Position numbers and translations under genes: made by a program. DNA of 64,000 nucleotides, from positions 295,430,001 to 295,494,000 of the forward strand of contig OZ024741.1 of the NCBI GenBank assembly GCA_964016885.1. The letters are read 5' to 3'. Shown here in pieces: positions 12,978-26,160 of this stretch (the stretch's first letter is position 1; every line of letters starts with the position of its first letter). Source of the stretch: Eledone cirrhosa (Eukaryota). The notes beneath the pieces were generated by a model. The model was not told the origin of the DNA and did not search any database. It saw only the letters and a program-made list of their open reading frames with translations.

Positions 12978-13020
12978 GTAATCCTGATGATTTCTAATAA
13001 GAATGAAACGCGTAGGTTAC
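12978..13020 (+). ncRNA. Type I hammerhead ribozyme motif, copy 4 (inverted unit)
   Basis: CTGATGA 12984-12990, GAAA 13005-13008, GUA triplet ending at 13014, stem I GTAATC/GGTTAC. Confidence 0.8.
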
Positions 13021-13182
13021 TTCCCTTGCTTTTATCGAGAATCTCAAATTGTAATACGTGACGTATTCTATTCTATAGCGATTGGGTCTTCGAAATGTTT
13101 ATTATAAACATACAGAATATTTTCGAATATTCTATGTTTGCCTTCACATATATATCGCTATTTCAGAGCATTATATCCAAAA

Positions 13183-13237
<55 letters not shown>

Positions 13238-14396
13238 TATATATATACACATATATATACATATTTTATCATCATCATCATTATTTGTGTATATATTTCT
13301 ACTCTGTAATAGGGTTTAGTGAAAGGAAGGGCATCCAACCATAGAAAACCTGCCAAACATAGGATCAGGAGGACTTTTCAGTTGTGTCAAAGACATGACA
13401 ACTTCTTTAGTGTTGGTACAGTTGCAACTCCTTGCAGAAGGAGGCAAGCTTTGGTGTCAGAATGTCTAGACTCAGATCAAATACCAACAAAATATCCCAT
13501 CCATCTCTATCAATTCTACTAATCCACCATCCTTGAAATGATACTTTATTCATCGATTGCCCCCATCCCAGAGGATAAAAAGTGAAGTTGAGCTCTGTAG
13601 GATGTGAACTCAAAGCACCAACAGCCAGAACAAACCCTGAAGTATTTAATCTGATGCCCAAACAATTCTGCCAATTCACTGAGTGAAAAAAAATGAAAAA
13701 ATATTTAAAAAAATAAAGCAACAACAAAACTCCTGTCCTTATGCATGTAAATTAAATGCTAGGTATTTTTAATTTCACAAATAAATAAAAAATATGGGAA
13801 GAAACCCAGCAGCCATAGATAAAAGAAACCTATTGAAATTCAGTTAAGCATCTGCACGATGGGGGACAATTAAGAGTGTGAAGTCTATTGAAGCAATTTG
13901 CTCAAGACTCACCATAACAACCATATTACTCTCCTACTTCTTTTCCTCATCTTCTTCTGTCTCTTTACAACATCTCAGATGTTTTCTACTGCTAGGCAAG
14001 CAATGTTCATTTATAACTATTGTAAAAACAGATCAATCCTCATTTATCAAACAAATTCATATGGCATGGCTAATCGATTCAATTGTATTCCTTCTCTTTT
14101 TCTGTTTTTCTTTTAGTTGCTATTATTGTTTTGTTCATTGCCAATATCCTTTCTGAAATTGAATGGCTAAATAAAAAGTTGATGTGTGTAGAACTAATAG
14201 CAGACAGATCAATAAAACAAGTACTAAACCAATCTCTTTTTACTGTTAAACACTGTCTTAACATTTATTTTATACCTGGGAAATATCTTGCCTCCATGCT
14301 GTCAAATGACAAACAACACACCACTAGACATTACTAATACCATGCCTGTGACATTGCTACCAGAGTTATTGAACACAGCATTTATATATACTTACA

Positions 14397-17300
14397 CTAG
14401 CAGAAGAACCGCCCTTCGGGCGGTTTTCTCCTAGCGTATATAGTGTGTATATTGATATACGCAAATATATATGCACATAGATATAATACGTAAATTGACA
14501 ATATGCACATAAACTGTGTTACACTTACTTCTGTAATCAGTAAAGTAATCCATGATACATTTTACAAAAAGGTGATAATGGAGATGGAAAAGTGATGAAA
14601 CTGTTGACGGAAAATGTTCATGAATCTTCACTTGAGAATGTCGATGGGAAGCTTCAAGCAGTGAATTTGAAAATAGATGCTGCTGGTATGAATGAATGAA
14701 TTATATTTACCAATATGAAGAGTTGACCTTCACTATATTGTTGTTTTACTGTATTCACATATAGACTTCTTAAGTTTTTGTAGTGTCCCTTTTCTAGCAG
14801 TTAAAAAGTAACTGAAATGCATTTCAACTAAAAGAGAGTGATAGCTGTTTCACATCACTGTAGAATTTCTTTGTAGACACAGTTGTCAGCAAACAGACCC
14901 CTTTCATTTAATATTTTTATATATACATTTTTTTTTGTAACTCGTGATAATGCAACATACATCTGACCATGTGAGAAGAATTGTGTTGGTAGATATACAC
15001 CTATCTTTTCAAATGTCTGCCCTTGTGCCTTGTTGCATGAAAGGGCAAAGGCTGGTTTGACGGGGAAATTGCTTCCGAGTAAAGGTGAAAGGGAACTCAA
15101 GCTCTTGAGATACATGTGGTATCCTTGGAATTAGAAACCTTGTTCCAGCATTGGGACCCAATGCCACTTCAGCTTCAATTACATGATTATGTAAACTGAT
15201 GATGATGTAGCGTGTACCATTGCAATGTCCGTTTAGAGGATCCGGATTTCTCAGAAGCATGATGCAACTGCCTTTCTTCAGTTTAAGTATGTGTGTTGGG
15301 AAGCCTGTTGGGGTAAGTTTGTTGATGAACTCAATTGGATATTGCCGTTCATTATCTACTGTATCAGAGCTTCTGTAGATTATTTCATGACCAGGGAACT
15401 TGTTGACCATGAACTCATCACCAATCTTGCTGCATCATTTGTTGGAGTGATAATGGCTCTATTTGCAAGCCATAGTGGGTGTGTGTAGTTTCCTGGAAGA
15501 TTTGTATACACAAAATCACACAGTCCAGACACATTACCATATTCCAGACAAAGTTCATTTGGCAGAAGAATTGTGAATGCACCTACAGTTGGAACAGTTG
15601 GAATGTTACCTTTCCCACATCAAGAAGGTAGTTTGCAAACTGTCTTTCATCAGAATCCTCTGCATTAATTAACCGTTGATTGGTTGTCATCTCCATGGTT
15701 TCCACATAGTCCCAGAGATAGGATCTCTTGATGGTTTCCTCAACTATTTGTGGTCATACACCATGACGTACAACTGGAAGAATTTGCTTCCAGTCACCAG
15801 ATAGTAATACTGTTAGACCACCAAATGGCTTTTTGCAATCTCGAACATCTTTGAAGCTCCTGTCAAGGCATCCAAAGATATGCTTATGTCCCATACCTAT
15901 CTCATCAATGATTAGAAGGTCAGCTTGCTGCATAAGTTTACCTGTGTCATGCCTCTTTGTGAAGAAGCAAGTTGATTCAGCAGTCACATTGAGAGGAATT
16001 TTGCACTTGGAATGAAGAGTTCTACCTTTGTGAAGCAAAGTGGCTTCTATTCCAGATATGGCAGTGGCAAGTGCAATTTTTGTTTTTAGATTGGAGGTAA
16101 TCCAATAAGATGTTATGACATAGGTCTTTCCTGTACCTGCACTTGCATTCAAACAGAAAATTCTGCCTTCATTTTCATTTTCAGAGGTTATTACTTTGTG
16201 AAACATAACCAGTTGCTCAGGATTCAATGTTGGCAGAAGTTCATTTATGTTTGCTTGCAGTTGGTGTGTATTGAAATCAGTTTCTGCCATAAGAACATTG
16301 TTGATTTCTGGTATGGCAACAATAGTTGGGTCTGGTCAGGGAAGTCCATAGTTGGCATGAATGTCCAAGCCATCATATTGAAGTCTTTGTTGGATCTTCT
16401 GTAGAACAATCTGCACGGTTTGCATGGACATGACTTGCTCATGACGTTCATGCATGATATCCTCTGCAAGACAATTCTTCCATTTCTCCCAGAACTGTAG
16501 AGGGTCATTTGGCATGCTGTACAATAAAATGGTGCAGAAGATCTCTCGTAACTGAGGACCAAGCGTAATGGATGAGGCCTCTTCCATAGCTTTGTCGTTT
16601 TCTCCATCTTCATCTAACAGACCAAGTTTCCTGCATGCTTCTTGGAATGTTGGAAATTCAACTCCTTCAATTGTCTCCAAATCTTTGTATGAAGTTGACC
16701 TAGCCTTGTGATGTAGGATCATCCTGAGGTAATATAATTCAGATTGATGTCTACTGAGAGACACTGTTGGAATGCATCCAAGAGATTCACTCGTAAATTG
16801 TTGATCACCATCCAGATGTCGCTTTTTTCTTCTTTGCCACTTTTTGTTGTCCAAGTGAAATATTTAGGAATATCAATATACAATATGTTTTGTGCCAGTG
16901 GGTCTCTAATATTCAGTTGAACACATTCCGTCAACTTAGTCATTGGCTGTCCCCTAGAAACAATACTTTCTTCCTACCCTCGCTCATACACGACCCCATT
17001 TGTTCCCCAGGTAAATGGCAAGGCAACTTTTCAACTGGCGGTTTTCGATGATGTAATGAAAATGTATAGATTCTCCAGAATGCTTCACTGGCTGAAATGT
17101 ACCGTGCATTGATCATCATCATCATCATCATCATCACCGTTTTACGTCCGTTCTTCCACGCTAGCATGGGTTAGACGGGTTGTCCTGTTGTGGGCAGTGT
17201 CTGGTCGGCTGACCATGCCTTGCTCATACAGGAACTGATCTGGCTTGATTTCTACAGCTGGATGCCCTTCCTAACACCAACCTCATTTACAGTGAGTGCT

Positions 17301-19430
17301 GGGTGCTTTTTCGTGGCGCCTACACGTCCACTTTACAGTGTGGGCTGGGTGCTTTTTTGCCGTGGCACCTCCACGACCACCTTGCGGTGGGGGGGGGGGC
17401 ATATTGTTTATATGCTTCAGCATGTACCCATGGGAGGTCGGGTACCCTGTATTACTGCGTGACGCCAGAAGTCACGGTCGTGTGTCATTGACTTTGAGAG
17501 GTGTAGTTGGGTAAGGTCGGCTTTTATCACCTCATCCCAAGTCATCTTGGGTCTCCCCACTCCGCGGTTTCCATCAACTTCTAGTGCTCTGCACCTTTTT
17601 ATGCAGCTGTCATCCTTCATACGCATCACATGTCCATACCAGCGTAACCGCCTCTCCTGCACGCAGCATTTGATTCCTCTTATGCTCAGTCTCTCTCTCA
17701 ATTCATTTATGCTTTGTCGTTCACGTATATTACTGTTACACATCCATCGGAGCATGCAGGCTTCGTTTCTCTCTAATCTACGTAAGTCTTCCACCTTCAG
17801 CGCCCAGGTCTCACTACCATGCAACATCGCTGTTCGGATACACGCATCATACAGTCTGCCTTTCATTCTGAGGGAGAAGCCTTTTGCAGCTAGCAGTGGT
17901 AGTAGTTCCCTAAACTTCTTCCATCCCGTTCTTACCCTAGTTATTGTACTTTCTGAGCACCCACCTCCGTTGCTAATTCGGTCACCTAGGTAGCAGAAGC
18001 TGTCTACTGTTTCTACAGGGCCCTCCCAGAGATTGGTGGTACTTGTTTCCTGTGGCTGTTTGCTTGCTGTTTCAGCACAGCTGCTGCATGTGAATCCTAC
18101 ATTCTTAATTAAGCTTCCTGAGATCCCGCTACATCTCTTGTGTACCCATTGTTTGCATTTGGGGCAAAGAATGGAGTTCCTACCTACACCTTTCCTACAT
18201 ACTGAGCAAGGCCATTTCCCTGAGGGGATCTGGGTTCTGTTTTCTCGTCTACTTATAAGGACCTTAGTCTTTGTCATGTTGACTTTGAGGCCCTTTCTCT
18301 CTAGTCCCTGCTTCCAGGTTTGGAATTTATTCTCTAGTTCTACCATAGATTCAGCTATGAGTGCGAGGTCATCAGCATACAGGAGTTCCCATGGGCATCC
18401 GGTCTTAAACTCCTCCGTTATTGCCTGCAGGACTATGATGAACAGGAGAGGGCTAAGAACAGAGCCCTGGTGGACCCCAACCTGTACGCTAAATTCCTCG
18501 CTATACTCATTGCCAATCCTAACTTTGCTGACTGCTCCCCTATACATGGCTTGTACCGCTTTCACAAGCCATTCATCTACTCCTAGTTTTCTAAGAGCCC
18601 ACCAGATTACTGCACGTGGAACTCTGTCAAAGGCTTTCTCAAGGTCGACAAATGCCAAGTAGAGTGGCTTACTTTTAGGTCTCTTGATATAGGTCTCAAT
18701 CTCAATTTGGGCATGGACACAATTTCCTTGATCATCCTTAATAGTGAAAGTGATCTTGTCTGATCCTTTTGTGATGTACTTATATAAGTACTTAACAGCC
18801 TTGACACTGATGTGGCACTGATATCTCAATGAGAGGAAAGGGTTGTATCCAACGATTATCAACAGTAAATTCTTGACCTTTAAGTTGGATTGTATGGATG
18901 TGACCACCATGTTGTCTATCCCTTCTTCTATACTCCGGAAAGGAATTTTCGGCAACAAATGTGGTTTGTCTGAATGCCTTGGGATAACTTTTTGAGTAAT
19001 GGCATTGTTGTCCTAGCCCTTCCATACATGGGCACATTATATTAGCTTGTCCACATGGGCCATGAATGTTGCAGGATGTGATGATCTTATGCCGAATTGG
19101 ATTAGTTTCTTTATCAGGAATCTCACAGTACACTACCTGATCAATGGCATCAGCAGTTTTGGGCTTGCTATCTTCAGCCATTATCAGCAGAATATGTGCT
19201 TGAGTGAGGCCTCGTTTTCTGCCACTCTATTGTAGCAGAATGAACCACAAGTTTTCCTAGGACATTTTTTTTCAGTATGTCATCCATGGGGCTATCATAC
19301 TTGATCTTGAAGACTCTTGCACAAATATTAGGACGGTCTCTAGGTTCTTCACCAGGGTGCAAACTATTTTTTATTTGATCCTAGTTAGGGTTAGTTGTTA
19401 CTGTGATGAAGTAAGATGGCTTTCCCATGT
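14397..19430 (-). mobile_element. Decayed autonomous Helitron (Rep-PIF1 helicase), interrupted by an RTE
   Basis: Rep motifs FITVTTNP, EWQK..AHIL and KYLYKYITKG; helicase motifs ASAGTGKT, IIDEIGM, FGGLTVLLSGDWKQILPV and [15 protein letters not shown]. 3' hairpin plus CTAG|T at 14397. Many frameshifts; 5' end not located. Confidence 0.93.
17114..18683 (-). mobile_element. Young 5'-truncated RTE inserted in the Helitron
   Basis: Near-identical to 1217-2785. Splits Helitron EIETYI|NARYISASEA; apparent short TSD TTGAT at 17109-17113 and 18684-18688. Confidence 0.93.
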
Positions 19431-20669
19431 GTCAAACCACAGTCATCGAATTCTGAAAGCACTCACTCTAGAAGCAAGGGGAACCATAGATTGAAGGAGG
19501 AAGAACAATTCTCAGGCCTGCACTTGTTTCAGACGTTAGACTGTGCCCATGCTGTGGTACCACAATTAAAGGATTTTTTTTACCTCAATTCCAGTACATA
19601 TATTTTAAAATCTAGTACTTATTTTATTGATCTCTTCTATTCTCTTTGAAACGTGTGTGTGTGTGTCTATGTGTTCATATGTATGATGGTACCCTATCGC
19701 TTGCGACAAGGATTCTTCCAGCTAGGTTTCTCAAATGGAACTGCCTGAAATTAAGGTGAGAGTGTCTGAGCATTCCATAGACACGTATAACAGAGGGTTT
19801 CAGGGTGGAACTACATTGGTTCTTCGACTTACTGGCAGAGTACACTTATTTTTACTTCAGTGGAGAGAAGAAAGGCGAAATAAAGTGTCTTGCTCAAGAA
19901 CACAACGCACTGATGGGCTTCGAACTCTCAACATTACAATCACGAGACACACATATGCGGACATAAACGCACACACATATGCACATATACACAGATACAG
20001 TAACACAGATATGCACACTGACACATAAGCAAACAGATACACACACACATATACATATATATATACACATAAACATTTATGCACACACACAGATACACAC
20101 ACCACACACATATATATAAATATATATATACATGTGTGTGTGAGTCTATGTACCTATGTAATGGTAAAAACAATATACACATGTGGATTGAATCATTAGT
20201 ACTGTAGTAAATTATCCTTTCCTTATTTCCACATCTTCACATACATACACACAGCCACATATACAGATAAACACACTATCGTCTATCTTTCTATCTACCT
20301 ACCTATATATCTACGTATCGATCTATCGACCTTTCTATCTACCTGCCAACCTACCTGTCTATCTACCTCTCTCTCACACACACACACACACACACGCACA
20401 CACAAATATATCTATTCTAGAAAGTGTGTCCGTTAGATGTATAATTGCATTTCAAGAATTACGAAGAATTTGCAAGTTACTTCATCTAGGGAGGATTAAT
20501 AATGGCTTCACTAACCTCGGAACACGATTTGTGTATGGTGTGGTATGAGTGTGTGTATATATATATATATATAAATATATATATGTGTGTGTGTGTGTGT
20601 CTGCATCAGACATAATTTATATGCTATTACATTTATATATATCTAATCAATGTGTGTACAACAGTGCTT

Positions 20670-21138
20670 AATCTAAACTATAATAAAGTAAGGATCGCGG
20701 GACTGCGTACTGGTTGTAATTTTTTTCCGATTAGTAAAATAAGTTGGATTACTTTGAATAAATAATGAATGAATATTACATAATTTATCTACTAAATTTC
20801 GTGGTTGTTGATTAAATATATTTTATTGTTTATTTAAAGATTCACTTCTTTAAAATTTTCAAATGTCAACACTTCCAGTTAGCGATCGCCTAAATAAACA
20901 TACATATATTTTCGTCACTAATTTTCTCTTAATGCAGTTTATATATGATATCGTCTTTTTTTAATGTATCATGGATTACTTTACTGATTACATAAGACAG
21001 TGTAACACAGTCTTCGTTCAATTTCTGTGTATATTGTCAATTACGATTTTATTTGCATATAATTTTATTTGCATATAATATCAATATACACACTACACAT
21101 GCTAGCAGAAAACCACCCGAAGGGTAGGTTTCTGCTAG
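20670..21138 (+). mobile_element. Non-autonomous Helitron 3' portion related to the 14397 end
   Basis: About 20950-21138 matches the reverse complement of about 14397-14580 and ends in hairpin plus CTAG|T. About 20670-20890 recurs inverted at about 21519-21870. Confidence 0.75.
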
Positions 21139-22789
21139 TTATATTAAATGAGTTTTTAAAAAAAAGAGTTAATAAATAAATAAAACATTATACTTGCTTT
21201 ATCCTCCCATTTCCAATTAAACCGAATGCTATCATGACTGTATGTGTGTGTTTGTGTGAATGTATATGTGTGAATGTATGTATGTTTGTGTAAAAGTATG
21301 TGTGAATGTATGTGTATTTGTGTGAATTATGTCCGTGAGTGTGTATTTTTATAAGTTTGTGTTTGCACCATTATAGTTATATACTCATACATATAGATGT
21401 ATGTATGTGCACACTCATACGCGTCAGTGTGTAGAAAATTATAATCTCTCTATCTCTCTCATCACACACTCTCTCTTTCTATATATATGGTAGTTGAATT
21501 GGTGGTGGTGGTGGTGGTGGCGACGATATACCGGAAGTGCAACTTTGAAGAGAAGTCAATTTCAGATTATTTATTTTTACGAAATTATTTGTTTATGAAA
21601 TTTAGCACATAAATTATGTAATATTCATTCATTATTTATTATTATACGGTCTGAGTTCAAATCCCGCCGAGGTTAACTTTGCCTTTCATCCTTACGGGGT
21701 TGATCAAATAAAGTACCAGTAATACACTGGGATGATTAGTGGCCTTGTGCCAAAAGTAGAAACAATTATTTATTATTCAAAGTAATCCAACTTATTTTAC
21801 TAACTGGATTAAAAGAAATAAACCGTACGCAATCCCACAGCGCTTGCTTTATTATAATTTAGATTATATCTACATGAAAGGGCATAATAAAAGGATATAG
21901 ATTATCTAATAGTCAAGTGGCTAAGAACATTTCTTAAAAACGTTTTAGTCAGGAATGGTAGGGGACTGGACATGACCTTCTTTAAGGTTTCCATAACTGA
22001 TGAGAAAGAAGAATTGATAAAGAGATATGGTGGAAGAATATCAAGAAGTTGATATTGACAAGATTTGAAATCTGAGAATCAGAACAAATACCCTAAATGA
22101 ACCCAGTACATACTGAAAAGTGGCTGGTGATATGAAGGGCATATGGCCATAGAAAGCTTGCCAAATAAAGAGTTGAGAAGACCCTCAGTTGTGTCAAAGA
22201 CATAACAATCTCTCCTGTGTATTCAGTAGAATGAGAGACTGTACATAAGCAAAATGCAGATCCCTCCCTAGCCTGCTTCAGTACTGACTTGGTCTACGTA
22301 GACCTGTCCAATCCCTGCTAGCAGGGAAAGCGGATATTAAAATGATGATGATGATGATTCTATTCAATGTTCTAACAACTCTACTAATTGTATACACCAA
22401 TATACATCAATAGTGATGTATATTGCCTCATATATATCATAAAAAGAATTTTAATGTATGAAAGAAAATGGTGGCTTAGGGATTAGATCACAGTTAACAA
22501 TCTTAGAATTTTTGAAAATATAACATTGTGAAAAATCTTGCGTGTCAAATGGCATGACTTGGGGAATAATAAAATGGGTTGGAACAATACTAATGTATCA
22601 TATAGATGAAGGAATAATGAAGAGCTGTTGATAATGAGTTGGACAAATATTTTGCTTCCAACCTGAAGGCTAAGTCTAAAGCTGGGCTCGAACCTGGAGA
22701 CTCATCAGACCGGTGTTTATCCCAGTTTTTGTGGTATTAAATGACTGAGAGTTCAAGAATCCTCCTAGAGAAAACACAAGTACTCAATA

Positions 22790-23945
22790 GGTGGTCATGT
22801 AGGTGTCACAACGAAAAGCACCCAGCACACACTGTAAAGTGGTCATGTAGGTTTCAGGACAAAAAACACCCAGCGCACACTGTAAAGTGGTCATGTAGGT
22901 GTCACAACAAAAAGCACCCAGCACACACTGTAAAGTGGTCATGTAGGTGTCACAAAAAAGCACCCAGCACACACTGTAAAGTGGTCATGTAGGTGTCACA
23001 ACAAAAAGCACACAGCATACACTGTAAAGTGGTCATGTAGGTGTCACAACAAAAAGCACCCAGCACACACTGTAAAGTGGTCATGTAGGTGTCACAACAA
23101 AAAAGCACCCAGCTCACACTGTAAAGTGGTCATGTAGGTGTCACAAAAAAAGCACCCAGCACACACTGTAAAGTGGTCATGTAGGTGTCACAACAAAAAG
23201 CACACAGCATACACTGTAAAGTGGTCATGTAGGTGTCACAACAAAAAGCACACAGCATACACTGTAAAATGGTCGTGTAGGTGTCACAACAAAAAACACC
23301 CAGCACACACTGTAAAGTGGTCATGTAGGTGTCACAACGAAATGCACCCAGCACACACTGTAAAGTGGTCATGTAGGTGTCACAACGAAATGCACCCAGC
23401 ATACACTGTAAAGTGGTCATGTAGGTGTCACAACAAAAAGCACACAGCATACACTGTAAAGTGGTCATGTAGGTGTCACAACAAAAAACACCCAGCACAC
23501 ACTGTAAAGTGGTCATGAAGGTGTCACAACGAAATGCACCCAGCATACACTGTAAAGTGGTCATGTAGGTGTCACAACAAAAAGCACACAGCATACACTG
23601 TAAAGTGGTCAGGTAGGTGTCACAACAAAAAACACCCAGCACACACTTTAAAGTGGTCATGTAGGTGTCACAACAAAAAGCACACAGCATACACTGTAAA
23701 GTGGTCAGGTAGGTGTCACAACAAAAAACACCCAGCACACACTTTAAAGTGGTCATGTAGGTGTCACAACAAAAAGCACACAGCATACACTGTAAAGTGG
23801 TCAGGTAGGTGTCACAACAAAAAACACCCAGCACACACTTTAAAGTGGTCATGTAGGTGTCACAACGAAATGCACCCAGCACACACTGTAAATTGGTCAA
23901 GTAGGTGTCATGACAAAAAGTTCCCAGCACACACTGTAAAGTGGT
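22790..23945 (+). repeat. 48-bp tandem repeat (about 24 copies) derived from the RTE 3' UTR
   Basis: Unit AAGTGGTCATGTAGGTGTCACAACAAAAAGCACCCAGCACACACTGTA; runs directly into the RTE terminal sequence GGTTGGTGTTAGGAAGGGCATCCAGC. Confidence 0.93.
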
Positions 23946-24387
23946 TGGTGTTAGGAAGGGCATCCAGCTGTAGAAACCAAGCCAAAATCGGTTCTGTATG
24001 AGCAAGACATGGTCATCTAACCTCAACTTGCCTCAAATAGGACAACCCGTCTAACCATATATATATTACAATGGGACGTCTCGTCTAACCAATGCTAGTG
24101 TGGAATATGGATGTTAAACTGTGATAATGATTTATACATATATATATATATATATGTACATATAGATATACATATACATATATATATATATATATACGTA
24201 TATATACACACACATACAGATATATACATGCATATATATTCCCTCCCTCTCCATTCGCGCACACACATGTATATCATGACTCATACACTGTTCACTTTCC
24301 TGACATTTGTACATTATTCTACATAATATAAATGCACCTTTGATGAGTTGTAGTGCACCTGAACATTCTACACAATAATTTAATTAT

Positions 24388-24426
<39 letters not shown>

Positions 24427-24786
24427 TGTGGGTTTGATTCCTGGACTGGCTGATGCATTATGTCCTTGAGCAGGACACTTTATTCCACGTTGCTCCAGTT
24501 TACTCAGCTGTAGATATGAGCTGTAATGTCACTGGTGCCAAGCTGTATTGTACTTTGCCTTTCCCTTGGACAATATCAGTGGCATGGAGAGGGGAGACTG
24601 GTATACATGGGTGATAGCTGGTCTTCTACAAACTACCTTGCCCAGACTTGTGCCTCAGAGGGGAACTTTCTAGGTGTAAATTCCATGGTCGTTCATGACA
24701 TGTCTGACAGGGATCTATACCAATCTCTCTCTAGACATATATATATATGTCTAAATATTAGGGACAAATAACTTTTTAATTAATAT

Positions 24787-25133
24787 TCATTCATTTCATT
24801 CATTTCATTTTACGTCCGCTTTTCCCTGCTTGCAAGGGTGGGACGGGAACTGATTCTGGCTTGATTTCTACAGCTGGATGCCCTTCCTAACACCAACCTC
24901 ATTTTTACAGTGAGTGCTGGGTGCTTTTTTGCCGTGGCACCTCCACGTCCACTTTGCAGTGGAATGATAGGGACCCCAGTCCCTATCATCTCATTTCTAC
25001 AGCTGAGTAAACTGGAGCAATGTGAAATAAAGTGTCTTGCTCAAGGAAACAACACATCACCCAGTCTGAGAATTGAACTCACAACCTTTCGATTGCAAGG
25101 CCAATGCTCTAACCACTAAGCCATGTGCCTCCA
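24787..25133 (-). mobile_element. tRNA-derived SINE with RTE tail
   Basis: Near-identical to 10512-10864. Confidence 0.9.
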
Positions 25134-25285
25134 TATATATACAGAGAGAGTATATATATAACGAAGGAGTTGTGGTAAGGAACCAGATGGAAGATAACGC
25201 ACCAGAGTACTCAATACTTAGGGTAGTCCAGTCCAGAAATAGCCGTCGAAACGGCTTGAGCTCTGCCGTCGGGGTCATACATTTT

Positions 25286-25384
<99 letters not shown>

Positions 25385-26160
25385 GTTTCTACTTTTGGCA
25401 CAAGGCCAGCAATTACCCAGTGTGCATTACTGGTACTTTAGTTTATCGACCCCGTAAGGATGAAAGGCAAAGTTCACCTCGGCAGTATTTGAACTCAGAA
25501 TGGCAAGGTCCATAACTGTATGCATCAAAGCATGGCATCCGACCTGCTACCGATATTGCCAATCCACTGCCCTATTATATATATAATTAATAAATGAACC
25601 AAACAAAACACAGGAGGCAATTTTTACACAATTATATTAAGTTCATGCACATATATATATTCATATCATCTTCGGTTTTAAATAATTAAAGAGAGAGAGA
25701 GAAACCGTGTAAATCTGCCTAAGAAAGAAGTAGGATTTCAACCTTGGTGGGTCCCACTTATCTTCAGTGCAATTGAAATCATTCATGTTGTTTTACCTCA
25801 AACTATTATTTATATGTATGTAGATAGCTGGAATTAATCATTTGGTAGTGAAGATTTGTCATTTCATACATGAGATATATTACATGACATACAATACCGA
25901 TAGCATACATGAAAGCATAGATATTTAGACTTGAATTATAACCATATGTTCAATGCTGTGTTCTATATAATTTATCATATGTATATTGAAATAAGTTACT
26001 GAGATCAAAACATATTTCAGAACTTCATTAACATTCTAAGTGGTCTCTGCTTCCTGTAATAGTGATAAATCATAATTTTCTCAGTTAACAAACTGAATTG
26101 CATGTAACAACGAAATACATTATTTGCCAAAATTCTTAATATTTGTCATTCTAAATTTTC

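Larger units (their letters stand above)
11951..13181. repeat. Three tandem 312-bp units plus one full inverted unit, each with a hammerhead motif
   Basis: Unit starts GAAGGCAAAC at 11951, 12261 and 12573; inverted copy 12867-13181; (TA)n on both flanks. Confidence 0.95.

Noticed and set aside
22790-23945. CRISPR-like array or Cys-rich repeat protein (ORF 23130-24026)
   Set aside because: No unique spacers; contiguous 48-bp units from the RTE 3' UTR. The ORF stays open only because the unit length is a multiple of three.
25700-25838. Protein-like plus-strand stretch FQPWWVPLIFSAIEIIHVV
   Set aside because: No convincing splice acceptor or start and no recognised homology.
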